Below the pieces are notes generated by a model, which did not search any database, was not told where the DNA came from, and saw only the letters and a list, made by a program, of their open reading frames with translations. 64,000 nucleotides of DNA, taken from assembly GCF_028368995.1 (NCBI RefSeq), contig NZ_JAQNDL010000001.1:3744001-3808000 (forward strand), given 5' to 3'. This DNA is from Nannocystis bainbridge. Lineage in GTDB: Bacteria; Myxococcota_A; Polyangia; Nannocystales; Nannocystaceae. Both the position numbers and the translations under genes were made by a program. Positions 12,152-21,312 of the stretch are shown piece after piece (positions within the stretch are counted from its first letter, which is position 1; every line of letters starts with the position of its first letter).

Positions 12152-13090
12152 ATGCGGACCTCACGGGGGAGCGGGAGCGTGGCCAAGGGCATCACGACAC
12201 TGGTAGTCGAGGGCGAGAGCATCGAGGTCACGCACCCGAACAAGCTGCTCTACCCCGACGAGCAGATCAGCAAGGGCGAGCTCGTCACCTACTACCGCGA
12301 CGTCGCCCCCTTCATGGTCCCGCACCTGACCGGTCGGCCGCTGAGCCTGCACTGCTTCCCGTCCGGCATCGCCGCCCGCGGCTACTTTCAAAAGGCCGCG
12401 CAGGAGCACTTCCCGGCCTACGTGCACCGCCTCGCGCTCGCCAGCCACAGCGGCGAGACCGTCTACGCCGTCGCCGACAACGAGGCGACGCTGGTCTTCC
12501 TGGCCAGCCAGAACTGCCTGGTGTTCCACCCGTGCCACGTCCTGCGGGACAGCCTCGACCGCCCCGACCTCCTGATCATCGACCTCGACCCGAGCGACGA
12601 CGACTTCGCCAAGGTCCGCCACGGCGCCAGGCTGCTGCGCGACCTGCTGCCCGCGCTCGGGTTGGTCCCGTTCGTCAAGACCACCGGCTCGCGCGGCCTC
12701 CACGTGGTCGCGCCGATCCACCGCGAGCTCGACTGCGACGGCGTCAGCGAGTTCGCCCGCAAGATCGCGCAATACCTGGTCGCCTGCGACCCGGCGCGCT
12801 TCACCATGGATATCAATAAAAAGAAGCGCGGCGACCGGGTGTTCGTCGACTACCTGCGCAACGGCCAGGCCCAGACCGCCGTCGCGCCCTACAGCGCCCG
12901 CGCCCTGCCCTGCGCCCCCGTCGCCGTGCCGATCGGCTGGGACGAGCTCGACGACCCCGAGCTCGACGCCCGCCGCTGGCACGTCCGCAACGTGCGCGAG
13001 CGCCTGTGGGACGTCGGCGACCTGTGGCGCGACATCCACAGCCACGCCCGCTCGCTCGCCGACGCCAGCGAGGCCCTGGCGAGCCTTTGA
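12152..13090 (+). CDS. Stand-alone LigD-type primase-polymerase domain protein
   Basis: THPNKLLYP, YFQK, IIDLDP, KTTGSRGLHV, VFVDYLRN, TAVAPYSAR; no ligase or phosphoesterase domain; start may be GTG 12179. Confidence 0.88.
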   Translation: MRTSRGSGSVAKGITTLVVEGESIEVTHPNKLLYPDEQISKGELVTYYRDVAPFMVPHLTGRPLSLHCFPSGIAARGYFQKAAQEHFPAYVHRLALASHSGETVYAVADNEATLVFLASQNCLVFHPCHVLRDSLDRPDLLIIDLDPSDDDFAKVRHGARLLRDLLPALGLVPFVKTTGSRGLHVVAPIHRELDCDGVSEFARKIAQYLVACDPARFTMDINKKKRGDRVFVDYLRNGQAQTAVAPYSARALPCAPVAVPIGWDELDDPELDARRWHVRNVRERLWDVGDLWRDIHSHARSLADASEALASL

Positions 13091-13098
13091 TCCGCGCC

Positions 13099-13391
13099 TG
13101 TCCTTCTGGACAGCAGTCAAATGACTCGGCGAGGTCGCGACCTCGGCCGCGAGCATGTCTCTCCGGACGTGTTCTCTCCGCGTGATGCTCCTGCAGCGCC
13201 GAGCCACGAGGCTGCGCACGGCAATCAACATGTCCCTCAGGACATGTCACATACGCGACGCTCCTGAGGCGCCGGGTCACGAGGCCGTACCCAGGAAACA
13301 TGTCCCTCAGGACATGTCCTCACCGCGACCTCGCAATCTCGAATTGCCGAGACCCCGCCGGGGCGAGGTCTCGGGCCTGTCCCTCGGGACA
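13099..13391. repeat. Cluster of TGTC-N6-GACA palindromes at a convergent junction
   Basis: Perfect copies at 13099, 13231, 13301, 13378; AACATGTCCCTCAGGACATGTC occurs twice. Confidence 0.88.
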
Positions 13392-13393
13392 GC

Positions 13394-14938
13394 TTACTCC
13401 TTCTTCGCGTCGGCCTGGGCCTTGAGCTGCTTGAGCAGCTTCTCGCCCTCGTCGATCGCGTCGTCCTCCTCGGTGCGTTGGTCGCCGGCGAGCACGGACG
13501 TATTGACCTTGATGTTCTCGAAGCGGGCCAGCATCTGGAACAGCGCCAGCCGCGACGCGGGCGCGGGGCCCTCGGTGTCGAACTCGTCGGACTTGGCGGG
13601 GATCTTGATGTCGCCCGCGGCCCCGTCGACGATGCACTTGTGGGCCACCTTGAGGGCCGCCTCGGAGTCTTTGACCTTCGACGGCACCCCGTTCAGCAGC
13701 GGGAACTCGCTGTTGAAGCTGTAGAGCATCGTCTCGAGCGCCGCCGTCCCGCCGCAGCTGGCGTACAGCGGGTCGTACTTGTCGGGCACCGTCGCCGTGC
13801 CGATGTCGATCTGGCCGTCCATGTCGCGCTTGGCGAAGTCGGTGCCGGCGGTCGACAGCAGCTGGAAGTCGGTGAGCAGCTGGCGGAACAGGAACGAGTG
13901 GAGGAACGCCCGCTTGAGCTCGTTGCCGCCCAGCTTCTTGCTGAACACGAACACCAGGTCGTTGTAGCCGCCGCCGAGGTCCTCGCGGAAGAAGCCGTAG
14001 CCGATCTTCTTGTCGATCGTGACGCCCTGGGCCCGCTCGGGCACCAGCGGTCCGCCCTCGATCGCCCACACCGTGTGCGCCTCACCGAGGAAATCGACGC
14101 GGTCGCGCAGCTCCTTGTAGTTGGTGAGCATCGTCAGCAGCTTCTCGTCCTTCTCGATCGCCTCGGCCCAGGCCTTGAACGGCGCATCGACCGACTCCTT
14201 GAACGGCTTCGGCGGCACCTCTTCCTGGCCGAAGTCCTTGGCGATCTTCTTCAGCACGCTGCGGAACGGCTCGTCCTGACTGACCAGGCGGCGGGCGTAC
14301 ATCTTGACGCCCATCCACTTCTTCCAGATGTCCTGCTTGCCGTCGGTGTACTCCTTGCGCATCGCCTCGGCCACGCCCTTGGCGTCGCCGGACAGCTCGC
14401 CGAGCGCCTTGTCGGCCTCGGGCGAGCCGAAGAAGCTGAGCAGCTTGAGGTGCGGGTACGCGTCGAGCACCTTCGCCTTGGTCTCGTCGCCGAAGCTGTA
14501 CTTGAGCTTCTCGACCAGCAGCGCGAACTCCTTGCGGGCGTTCTTGCGGAACGTCCACGCGTCGGCGTCGGCCACCCCGAGGATGATCGCTCGCGCCTTG
14601 TCGGCCTTGCTGAGCCCCTTCTTGACCGTCACCACCGCCAGCACGCCCGGCTGCAGCACGTAGTTGCGGCCGTCCATCGGCTCCACGTCGCCCTCGATCA
14701 CGTCGGGCAGGCGCTCGGTGTTCGAGTAGATGTGGACCAGCAGCGGACGCAGCGCCTCACGCATCTCGTCCGGCGGGATCTCGGGGATCGCCACGCCCTT
14801 GTCGTCCTTGCGGCCGGCCTTCGCGTACTCCATCTCGCGCTCGAGCCTCTCCTGCCGGCCTTCGCCGCAGGCGGGAAGCGCGCCCGCGAACAGCGCGAGC
14901 GTGAGGAGCGTGAGGGTGGTGGCGTGGGTTCGTCGCAT
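13394..14938 (-). CDS. Hypothetical lipoprotein (~514 aa)
   Basis: MRRTHATTLTLLTLALFAGALPAC signal/lipobox; Lys/Glu-rich realistic composition; the upstream part of the 1019-aa ORF is antisense shadow. Confidence 0.8.
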   Translation of the reverse strand: MRRTHATTLTLLTLALFAGALPACGEGRQERLEREMEYAKAGRKDDKGVAIPEIPPDEMREALRPLLVHIYSNTERLPDVIEGDVEPMDGRNYVLQPGVLAVVTVKKGLSKADKARAIILGVADADAWTFRKNARKEFALLVEKLKYSFGDETKAKVLDAYPHLKLLSFFGSPEADKALGELSGDAKGVAEAMRKEYTDGKQDIWKKWMGVKMYARRLVSQDEPFRSVLKKIAKDFGQEEVPPKPFKESVDAPFKAWAEAIEKDEKLLTMLTNYKELRDRVDFLGEAHTVWAIEGGPLVPERAQGVTIDKKIGYGFFREDLGGGYNDLVFVFSKKLGGNELKRAFLHSFLFRQLLTDFQLLSTAGTDFAKRDMDGQIDIGTATVPDKYDPLYASCGGTAALETMLYSFNSEFPLLNGVPSKVKDSEAALKVAHKCIVDGAAGDIKIPAKSDEFDTEGPAPASRLALFQMLARFENIKVNTSVLAGDQRTEEDDAIDEGEKLLKQLKAQADAKKE

Positions 14939-15325
14939 GCGTTCTCCGAGCTCCGGGCCGACTTCGTGCGGCTGCGGCAAAACTGCCGCATCGCCACGGT
15001 AGGGGAAGGTCGCCGTCGCTGTCAAACACCGCCTGGCGCCCATTCTCACCTGGCCACGCAGCGTGGGTGAAGGATTTCGCTTTACTTGCACGGGGACACA
15101 GATCGGTCGCACGGGCGTCCTCGGCCGCTTCAGCGCGATGTGGTGAGCATCGGCTCGCTGCCTCGACGCGCCGCGCTGCATCGCCCGCGAACCGAGGCGG
15201 CGAGGCGATCGCCGTGTTCGCCGCCGCGACGCGCGTGGCATGCCGCACCCGCTTCTGCAGGGCCGCAGGCTTGACCCGTCCGGGGCTGCGCACCATCCTA
15301 CCCGAACGTCAACTTTGGAGCCCTG

Positions 15326-15721
15326 ATGTCCGTAGCCACCGAGACCGCGCCCGCGACGCCGACCCAGCATGAAGCCCACGACCCGCCGATGACGGGCGCC
15401 CTCGAGGTCACCGAGACCGCCGCCGCGAAGATTCGCGAGATCCGCGAGACCGAGGCCATCGAGAGCACCTACGCCTTGCGCGTCAAGGTCATGGGCGGCG
15501 GCTGCGCCGGCTTTCAATACGACCTCTACTTCGACGAGCCCGTCGAAGGCGACAACCACTTCGAGAGCCAGGACGTCAAGCTCGTGTGCGACGCGATGAG
15601 CTTCATGTACCTGATGGGCACCAGCATCGACTACGTCGAGGGCCTGCAGGGCGCGGGGTTCAAGTTCAACAACCCCAACACCACCGGCTCCTGCGGCTGC
15701 GGCAGCTCGTTCTCGGTCTAG
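15326..15721 (+). CDS. A-type Fe-S carrier (IscA/ErpA/HesB family)
   Basis: GGGCAGFQY and CGCGSSF motifs; GGAG RBS. Confidence 0.93.
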   Translation: MSVATETAPATPTQHEAHDPPMTGALEVTETAAAKIREIRETEAIESTYALRVKVMGGGCAGFQYDLYFDEPVEGDNHFESQDVKLVCDAMSFMYLMGTSIDYVEGLQGAGFKFNNPNTTGSCGCGSSFSV

Positions 15722-15739
15722 TCGTTCGCCTCGCGGGCC

Positions 15740-17134
15740 ATGGCCGTGCTCGACCTCGCCGCCCTGCACGCGCGGATCTGTGCCGAGCTCGGGGCCGACG
15801 TCGTCGTCGACGAGCGTGAGCCCTACGCGCGGGACGACGGCGCCGAGGGCCCGTTCATGCCGGGCCTGGTCGTGCGCCCGCGCGAGCGCGCCGAGGTCGC
15901 TCCGCTGGTCCGCCTGTGCCACGCGCTCGGCGTCCCGCTGAGTCCGCGCGGCGCCGGCACCGGCACCGTCGGCGGGTGCCTCGCCGACCACGGCGGCGTC
16001 GTGCTCGACCTCGGCGGCCTGCGCTCGATCGTCGACATCGACGAGCGCAGCATGCTCGCCGTCGTCGAGCCCGGCCTGCTCACCGGCGAACTCCACCGCG
16101 CCGTCGAGGCCCGCGGCCTGTTCTACCCGCCCGACCCGGCCAGCCTGAAGATCTGCAGCGTCGGCGGCAACGTCGCCACCAACGCCGGCGGCCCGCGGGC
16201 GTGCAAGTACGGCGTCACCGGCAACTTCGTCCTCGGCCTCGAGGTCGTCGACGGCACCGGCGTGCGCCACGAAGTCGGCCATCGCTCGATCAAGGGCGTC
16301 ACCGGCTACAACCTCGCCGGCCTGCTCGTCGGCAGCGAGGGCACTCTCGGCGTCGTCACCCAGTGCGTACTGCGGCTGATCCCGCGTCCGCCGTTCGCCG
16401 TCACCTTGCTGGCCTCGTTCGCCGACGAGGCCGCCGCGTGCGACGCGGTCCACCGCTGCCTCACCGGCGGCGTCGCCCCGGCCGCGCTCGAGCTGGCCGA
16501 TCGGACATGTACCGAGTTACTCGCGCGCACCGGCAAGCTGGCCGTCGAGCTGCCCCCGGGCGCGCGCGCCCTGCTGTGGGTCGAGCTCGACGGCGACGGC
16601 GCCGGCCTCGACCGCGCCCTGCTGCGCGCCGCCGATCTCTGCCGCGAAGCCGGCGCTCTCGCCGTGGCCGAGGCCACCGACGCGGCCACCCGCGAGGCGC
16701 TGTGGGACGTCCGCCGCGCCCTCAGCTTGACCCTGCGCGCCCACTGGCCCAAGAAGATCAGCGAAGACGTCGCGGTCCCGCTGGCCCGCCTGCCCGATCT
16801 CGCCGCCGCCGCCCGGGAGATCGGCGCCCGCCATCGCGTCGACGTCGCCAGCTTCGGCCACGCTGGCGACGGCAACCTCCACGTCAATTTCCTGTATGAC
16901 CCAAAGGCCAGCAGCGACATCGGCGACCGCGTGAGCCGCTGCGTCGCCGACCTGTTCGCCGCCACGATCGCTCTGGGCGGCACGCTCTCCGGCGAACACG
17001 GCATCGGCCTCAGCAAGCGCCCCTACATGCCGCTCGAGCAATCGCCCGAGCTGCGCGCGCTACAGCTGGCCCTCAAGCGCGCCTGGGACCCACAGAACAT
17101 CCTGAATCCGGGCAAGGTCTTCCCGCCGGCCTGA
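15740..17134 (+). CDS. FAD-linked oxidase, GlcD/D-2-hydroxyacid dehydrogenase-like
   Basis: YPPDPAS, GGNVATNAGG, GSEGTLG, FGHAGDGNLH, SGEHGIG, LNPGK. Confidence 0.9.
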   Translation: MAVLDLAALHARICAELGADVVVDEREPYARDDGAEGPFMPGLVVRPRERAEVAPLVRLCHALGVPLSPRGAGTGTVGGCLADHGGVVLDLGGLRSIVDIDERSMLAVVEPGLLTGELHRAVEARGLFYPPDPASLKICSVGGNVATNAGGPRACKYGVTGNFVLGLEVVDGTGVRHEVGHRSIKGVTGYNLAGLLVGSEGTLGVVTQCVLRLIPRPPFAVTLLASFADEAAACDAVHRCLTGGVAPAALELADRTCTELLARTGKLAVELPPGARALLWVELDGDGAGLDRALLRAADLCREAGALAVAEATDAATREALWDVRRALSLTLRAHWPKKISEDVAVPLARLPDLAAAAREIGARHRVDVASFGHAGDGNLHVNFLYDPKASSDIGDRVSRCVADLFAATIALGGTLSGEHGIGLSKRPYMPLEQSPELRALQLALKRAWDPQNILNPGKVFPPA

Positions 17135-17189
17135 CCGAATGATGCGACTGGTTCGCATCCCATCGGATACGACCATTGCGGCGAACCCG

Positions 17190-17455
17190 TCACTCCCGCT
17201 GGCCGAACAGCTGCGCCCGCACCTGCTCCCACGGGACCGAGCTCGCGCGCCCCTCCTCGTGCTCCCTGGCGATCCGGAGCACCTCTTCCTCCCAGACAGC
17301 CTCGATCTCGGCGAGCTCCTGCTCGGACGGGACGAGCTCCTCCGGGCCCACGAACACGAGCCGAATCACCGCGCTTACGCCCGCTTGCCGAACAGCCACA
17401 TTCTCGTCCTCGGAATCGCCGACCAGCGCCAGGATCCGCGCCGCTTGCGATTCAT
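17190..17455 (-). pseudogene. Degenerate addiction-module antitoxin-like ORF (TIGR02574-type)
   Basis: C-terminal EIEAVWEEEVLR...EGRASSVPWEQVR pattern; the upstream ATG (~17455) is out of frame with the body; no toxin gene adjacent. Confidence 0.5.
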
Positions 17456-17463
17456 CGCACCCT

Positions 17464-17491
17464 GAGCTCCGTCGCCTGCGCGACGGAGCTC
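17464..17491 (-). terminator. Hairpin downstream of gap
   Basis: Perfect 12-bp inverted repeat GAGCTCCGTCGC/GCGACGGAGCTC, 11 nt after the gap stop; no U-tract. Confidence 0.55.
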
Positions 17492-17502
17492 GGCGGCGCC
17501 GC

Positions 17503-18579
17503 TCAGCTCTGCTTGCCGCGATTGGCCACGATCCAGTTGCCGGCGATCGCGGCCAGGTCGAGCACGCGGCCCGAGTAGCCCCATTCGTTGTCGTACCAGC
17601 CGACGATCTTCACCAGCGCGCCGAGGCCCATGCACGCGTCGACGTCGACGATGCTCGAGTGCGGGTCGCCGAGGATATCGCTCGACACCAGCGCCTCCTT
17701 GCGGACATCGAGCACCCCGCGCAGCGCCTCGGTCGCGGCGGCCTCGCGCAGCGCCTCGATCACGCGGGCCAGCGCCGGCTCGCCCTCGAGCTGGCAGACC
17801 ACGTCGTAGAGCGAGCCGTCGACCACCGGCACGCGCACGGCCGTCCCGTCGCACTTGCCCTTGAGGTTGGGCAGCACCTCGGAGATCGCCTTGGCGGCGC
17901 CGGTCGAAGTCGGCACGATGTTGCTCGGAGCGGCGCGACCGCGGCGGAGGTCCTTGCCGGCGAGCCCGTCGACCAGCCCCTGGCCCGCGGTGTACGCGTG
18001 CGTCGTGCCGACCAGGCCCCAGCGCACCCCGAACACGCGGTCGAGCACAGCCAGCACCGGCGTCAGCGCGTTGGTCGTGCAGCTCGCGTTGGACACCAGG
18101 CGGTCCTTCGCCGGATCGAAGTCATCCTCGTTGACGCCGACGACCAGCGTCTTGTCGACGTTCTTGCCCGGCGCCGCGAGGATCACGTGCGACGGCCCCT
18201 TGGCGTTGGCGCGGTGGCCGGCCATCTGCTCGCCGGTGGTGAACTTACCGGTCGCCTCGATGACGATGTCGACGCCGTGGTCGGCCCACGGGATCTTGCT
18301 CGGGTCGCGCTCCTTGAACAGGGTGACCGAGCCGTCGCCGACGTGCAGCGCGCCGCCCTCCGCGCGGGCCTTCGGCAGCTGGTAGCGGTGCACCGAGTCG
18401 TGGCTCAGCAGGTAGGCCAGCTCGTCGGCGTCGGCGAGGTCGTTGGCGGCGACCACTTGCATCGCCGGCCCCTTGCGCACGGCCCCCGAGCCAGCGAAGT
18501 CGGCGCTCCGCGCCAGCGCGTGTCGAAGCACGAGCCGCCCGATGCGGCCCATTCCGTTGATTCCCAGGCGGATCGTCAT
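17503..18579 (-). CDS. gap: Type I glyceraldehyde-3-phosphate dehydrogenase
   Basis: GINGMGRIGR, SNASCTTN, TSTGAAKA, WYDNEWGYS. Confidence 0.95.
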   Translation of the reverse strand: MTIRLGINGMGRIGRLVLRHALARSADFAGSGAVRKGPAMQVVAANDLADADELAYLLSHDSVHRYQLPKARAEGGALHVGDGSVTLFKERDPSKIPWADHGVDIVIEATGKFTTGEQMAGHRANAKGPSHVILAAPGKNVDKTLVVGVNEDDFDPAKDRLVSNASCTTNALTPVLAVLDRVFGVRWGLVGTTHAYTAGQGLVDGLAGKDLRRGRAAPSNIVPTSTGAAKAISEVLPNLKGKCDGTAVRVPVVDGSLYDVVCQLEGEPALARVIEALREAAATEALRGVLDVRKEALVSSDILGDPHSSIVDVDACMGLGALVKIVGWYDNEWGYSGRVLDLAAIAGNWIVANRGKQS

Positions 18580-19000
18580 TGCGCGGCGGAGGATAGGTCA
18601 ACCCCCCCGCCGTCGCAACGCCGCGCCCCTGCCCGCGGGCCCGCTCCTCGCGCCGCTCGCCGCTCGAATTGCCGCCCGCGCCCCGCGATCGTTCCTCCGC
18701 GCCGTCGCCACGCCTCGCATGCCCGATCCCCTGAGAATTCTCGCCCGCCCCCGTCCCCGCGTCGCGCCCCCGAGAATCCTCGCCGCAGAACGCCCGCTCT
18801 TCGCGCTCGACCAAAATCTCGCCCGCCCGCTTTCGTCCGCGTCTCCTCTCGTCGCGCTCGCTGAGGATTCTCGCCGCGCCCTTCGTCCGCGCGTCGTGCT
18901 CGCTCGCCGCGACAATTCCCGTCTTCGCCCGCCTCCTCACCCCGAAGCCGTGAGCCCGCGCATGCGTCCAGCGCGCCCACCTGCTACGTTACGCACGCGC

Positions 19001-20569
19001 ATGCCCGGACCTCGCCACGTCGCCCTCGCCGCTGCCCTCGTCACTGCCACCGTCCTGGCCGCCCCGGGCTGCAAGAAGGCCCCGCAGCGCGTCTCCTCCA
19101 CCACCGCCCCGCCGCGCGCCGGCATGCCCGCGGGCCCTGCCTTGCCCGCCGCGCATCCGCTGTCCCAGACACCCGACGCTGGCGCCTTCATCGCCAAACC
19201 GGCCGAGCTCCTCGCCGGCATCGACGCCTACTTGCCCGACGTCCCCTCGCTCGCGGATTTTGCCGGGTTCACGCTGCGCATGCAGGCCCCGGCCGAGCTC
19301 GCTGACCGGCTCGCCTCGCAGGTCGTCGGCGATCGCCCCTGGGCCGGCGTCCACGTCGCGGGCGAGGACATCGTCGTCCTGCCCGTGCGCCCCGGGACCA
19401 GCGTCAGCGACGCGCTCAAGGGCCTCGAGACCGTCGGCGACTTCGGGGCCGTCCAGCTGCCCGCGCCCGCCGGCGACAGCACCCCGGCCGATGGCAAGCC
19501 CCCGGCGCCGCGGCTCGCCTGGCTCGACGCCCAGACCCACAACCTCGTGTTCGCCGACAGCTTGCAGGGCCTCGCCACCAGCCGCCAGCTGCCCGCCGCC
19601 TACGGCGAGCGCCCGCTGTGGTTCACCCTCGCCGACACCCGCGCCCGCGCCGTCATGCCCGAGTTCCCCTACGCCCGGATCGCCGGCGCCGGCCAGGGCC
19701 TGCACGCGCTCGACGTGCAAGTCATCGAGGACCCTGGCAAGCCGCTGCCGAGCTCGCCGGACATCGCCGACGGCGCCCTGACCGGCATGCTCAAGGTCCC
19801 CGAGCTCGCGGCCGGCGTCAGCACGCGCTGGCCCGGCCACAAGAAGGCCGTCGCCGACGCGATCAAGCAGATGAACGCTGGCGTCGACCGGGCCGGGTTC
19901 GCCGCCAAGTTGATGCTCGACCCGCTCGTCGACCAGGCCGCCCGGGCCCTGCGGCGCTGGAACGGCCGCGTCCTCATCGGCACCGGCCCGGCCCGCCACC
20001 TGCGGCTCGGCCTCGGCGCCGACGACCCGGCCGCTGGTTATCGCGACCTCGTCGGCTGCCTCCGCACGCTCGTCGACAACCTCAGCCTCGCGCGCATGTT
20101 CGCGGATGTCCCCGGGGCCAGCTTCAAAAAGGTCGGCGACAACCCCACCGTCCATCTGTTGACCGTCGACGGCGTCTCGCGCCACGTCCCCGCCGTCGGC
20201 AAGCCCTTGCTCGACGACAAGGGCCGCCTGCGCGTCGCCCTCGCCGCCGACCCGCGTGCCGGCGGCCTGCTCGTCGTCATCGGCCCCGATCCGATGCCCG
20301 TGGTCCAGCGCTGGGCCAAGGCCGCGGCCGAGGGCGAGTCCGCCAAGGACTCCGCCGACGACCTGCTGTCCGCCGTGCTCGCCGTCGCCCCCGAGCGCCT
20401 GAAGCCGCTGCTCGAGACCGCCTCGTCGCAGTCGTCGCTCGTCACCGGCGCCCTCGGCCTCGAAGCCGACCGCGCGCCGACGCTGATGGTCCTGCAGCGC
20501 AAGCCCGACCGCTACTCCGCGGCCGTCCGCGGCCCCGAGCCCGAGACCGACCGCCGCAAGCGCAACTGA
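19001..20569 (+). CDS. Hypothetical lipoprotein
   Basis: MPGPRHVALAAALVTATVLAAPGCKK signal/lipobox; strong GC3 bias. Confidence 0.75.
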   Translation: MPGPRHVALAAALVTATVLAAPGCKKAPQRVSSTTAPPRAGMPAGPALPAAHPLSQTPDAGAFIAKPAELLAGIDAYLPDVPSLADFAGFTLRMQAPAELADRLASQVVGDRPWAGVHVAGEDIVVLPVRPGTSVSDALKGLETVGDFGAVQLPAPAGDSTPADGKPPAPRLAWLDAQTHNLVFADSLQGLATSRQLPAAYGERPLWFTLADTRARAVMPEFPYARIAGAGQGLHALDVQVIEDPGKPLPSSPDIADGALTGMLKVPELAAGVSTRWPGHKKAVADAIKQMNAGVDRAGFAAKLMLDPLVDQAARALRRWNGRVLIGTGPARHLRLGLGADDPAAGYRDLVGCLRTLVDNLSLARMFADVPGASFKKVGDNPTVHLLTVDGVSRHVPAVGKPLLDDKGRLRVALAADPRAGGLLVVIGPDPMPVVQRWAKAAAEGESAKDSADDLLSAVLAVAPERLKPLLETASSQSSLVTGALGLEADRAPTLMVLQRKPDRYSAAVRGPEPETDRRKRN

Positions 20570-20840
20570 GCCGCGTCGCGGTCATCCGCAGAACCCAGCC
20601 CACGGACGTCCCGTGACCGCCGGGAGCCCCGGCCAGCCTTCGGGCTGCGGCGCGCCGCTTCGCGGTCATCCGCCGCAGCGAGCCCGTCCTCGACGCCTCT
20701 CGCGGCCCACGGAGCGCTGCTCCGCAGTCGCTCGCGGTCGCCCGCGCAACACCGCCTCACGGCCCGTCCCGACGGGACCTCGACGTCGCTACCCGCTCCG
20801 GCTCGCCCGGGTCACGCCCGGCGTGACCGCGGAGCACCCG

Positions 20841-21038
20841 CTAGTCTTCGTCCTTCGGCTTGCGCTCGAAGTCGGCGAGGCCGACGTTCGGCACGAACGC
20901 GAGCGCCTCCGACACATACAACCCGGTGTGGAGGATCAGGTGCGTCACCGTCCGCACGAGCACGCCGCCGGGTACTTCGGCCACGTACGCGGCACCGCGG
21001 TTGCCGTCTCCTTCGTGCCTGATCTCGACCCACTTCAT
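20841..21038 (-). CDS. Small hypothetical protein (65 aa)
   Basis: ATG start, upstream TATAGT box, protein-like sequence (EVPGGVLVRT...SEALAFVP). Confidence 0.6.
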   Translation of the reverse strand: MKWVEIRHEGDGNRGAAYVAEVPGGVLVRTVTHLILHTGLYVSEALAFVPNVGLADFERKPKDED

Positions 21039-21312
21039 GAAGACCTGGCTGGACTATAGACCGGGGTCCCGCTCGCGGCCAAGCCGCCGACAATTCCTGA
21101 GTTCTCCGGTCCAGGGCAGCCCAATACCGGTGCAGAGGTCTTCACCCCCCACCGCTTGCGCAAGCAGCGTGGGCACCGCCACGTGACGGCGAATGCGAAG
21201 ACTCGCGACCGTGCCGATACATCACGGACATTTGCGAGGACCGTCACCACGCGCGCTGATGGAATCATCGTTCGATCGCCGACCGCAGCGAATCACCGCA
21301 CGGGCGATCGCC

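Noticed and set aside
14939-16453. N-terminal half of the 1019-aa ORF 13394-16453
   Set aside because: Overlaps the iscA-like and oxidase genes on the opposite strand; the signal peptide begins at 14938
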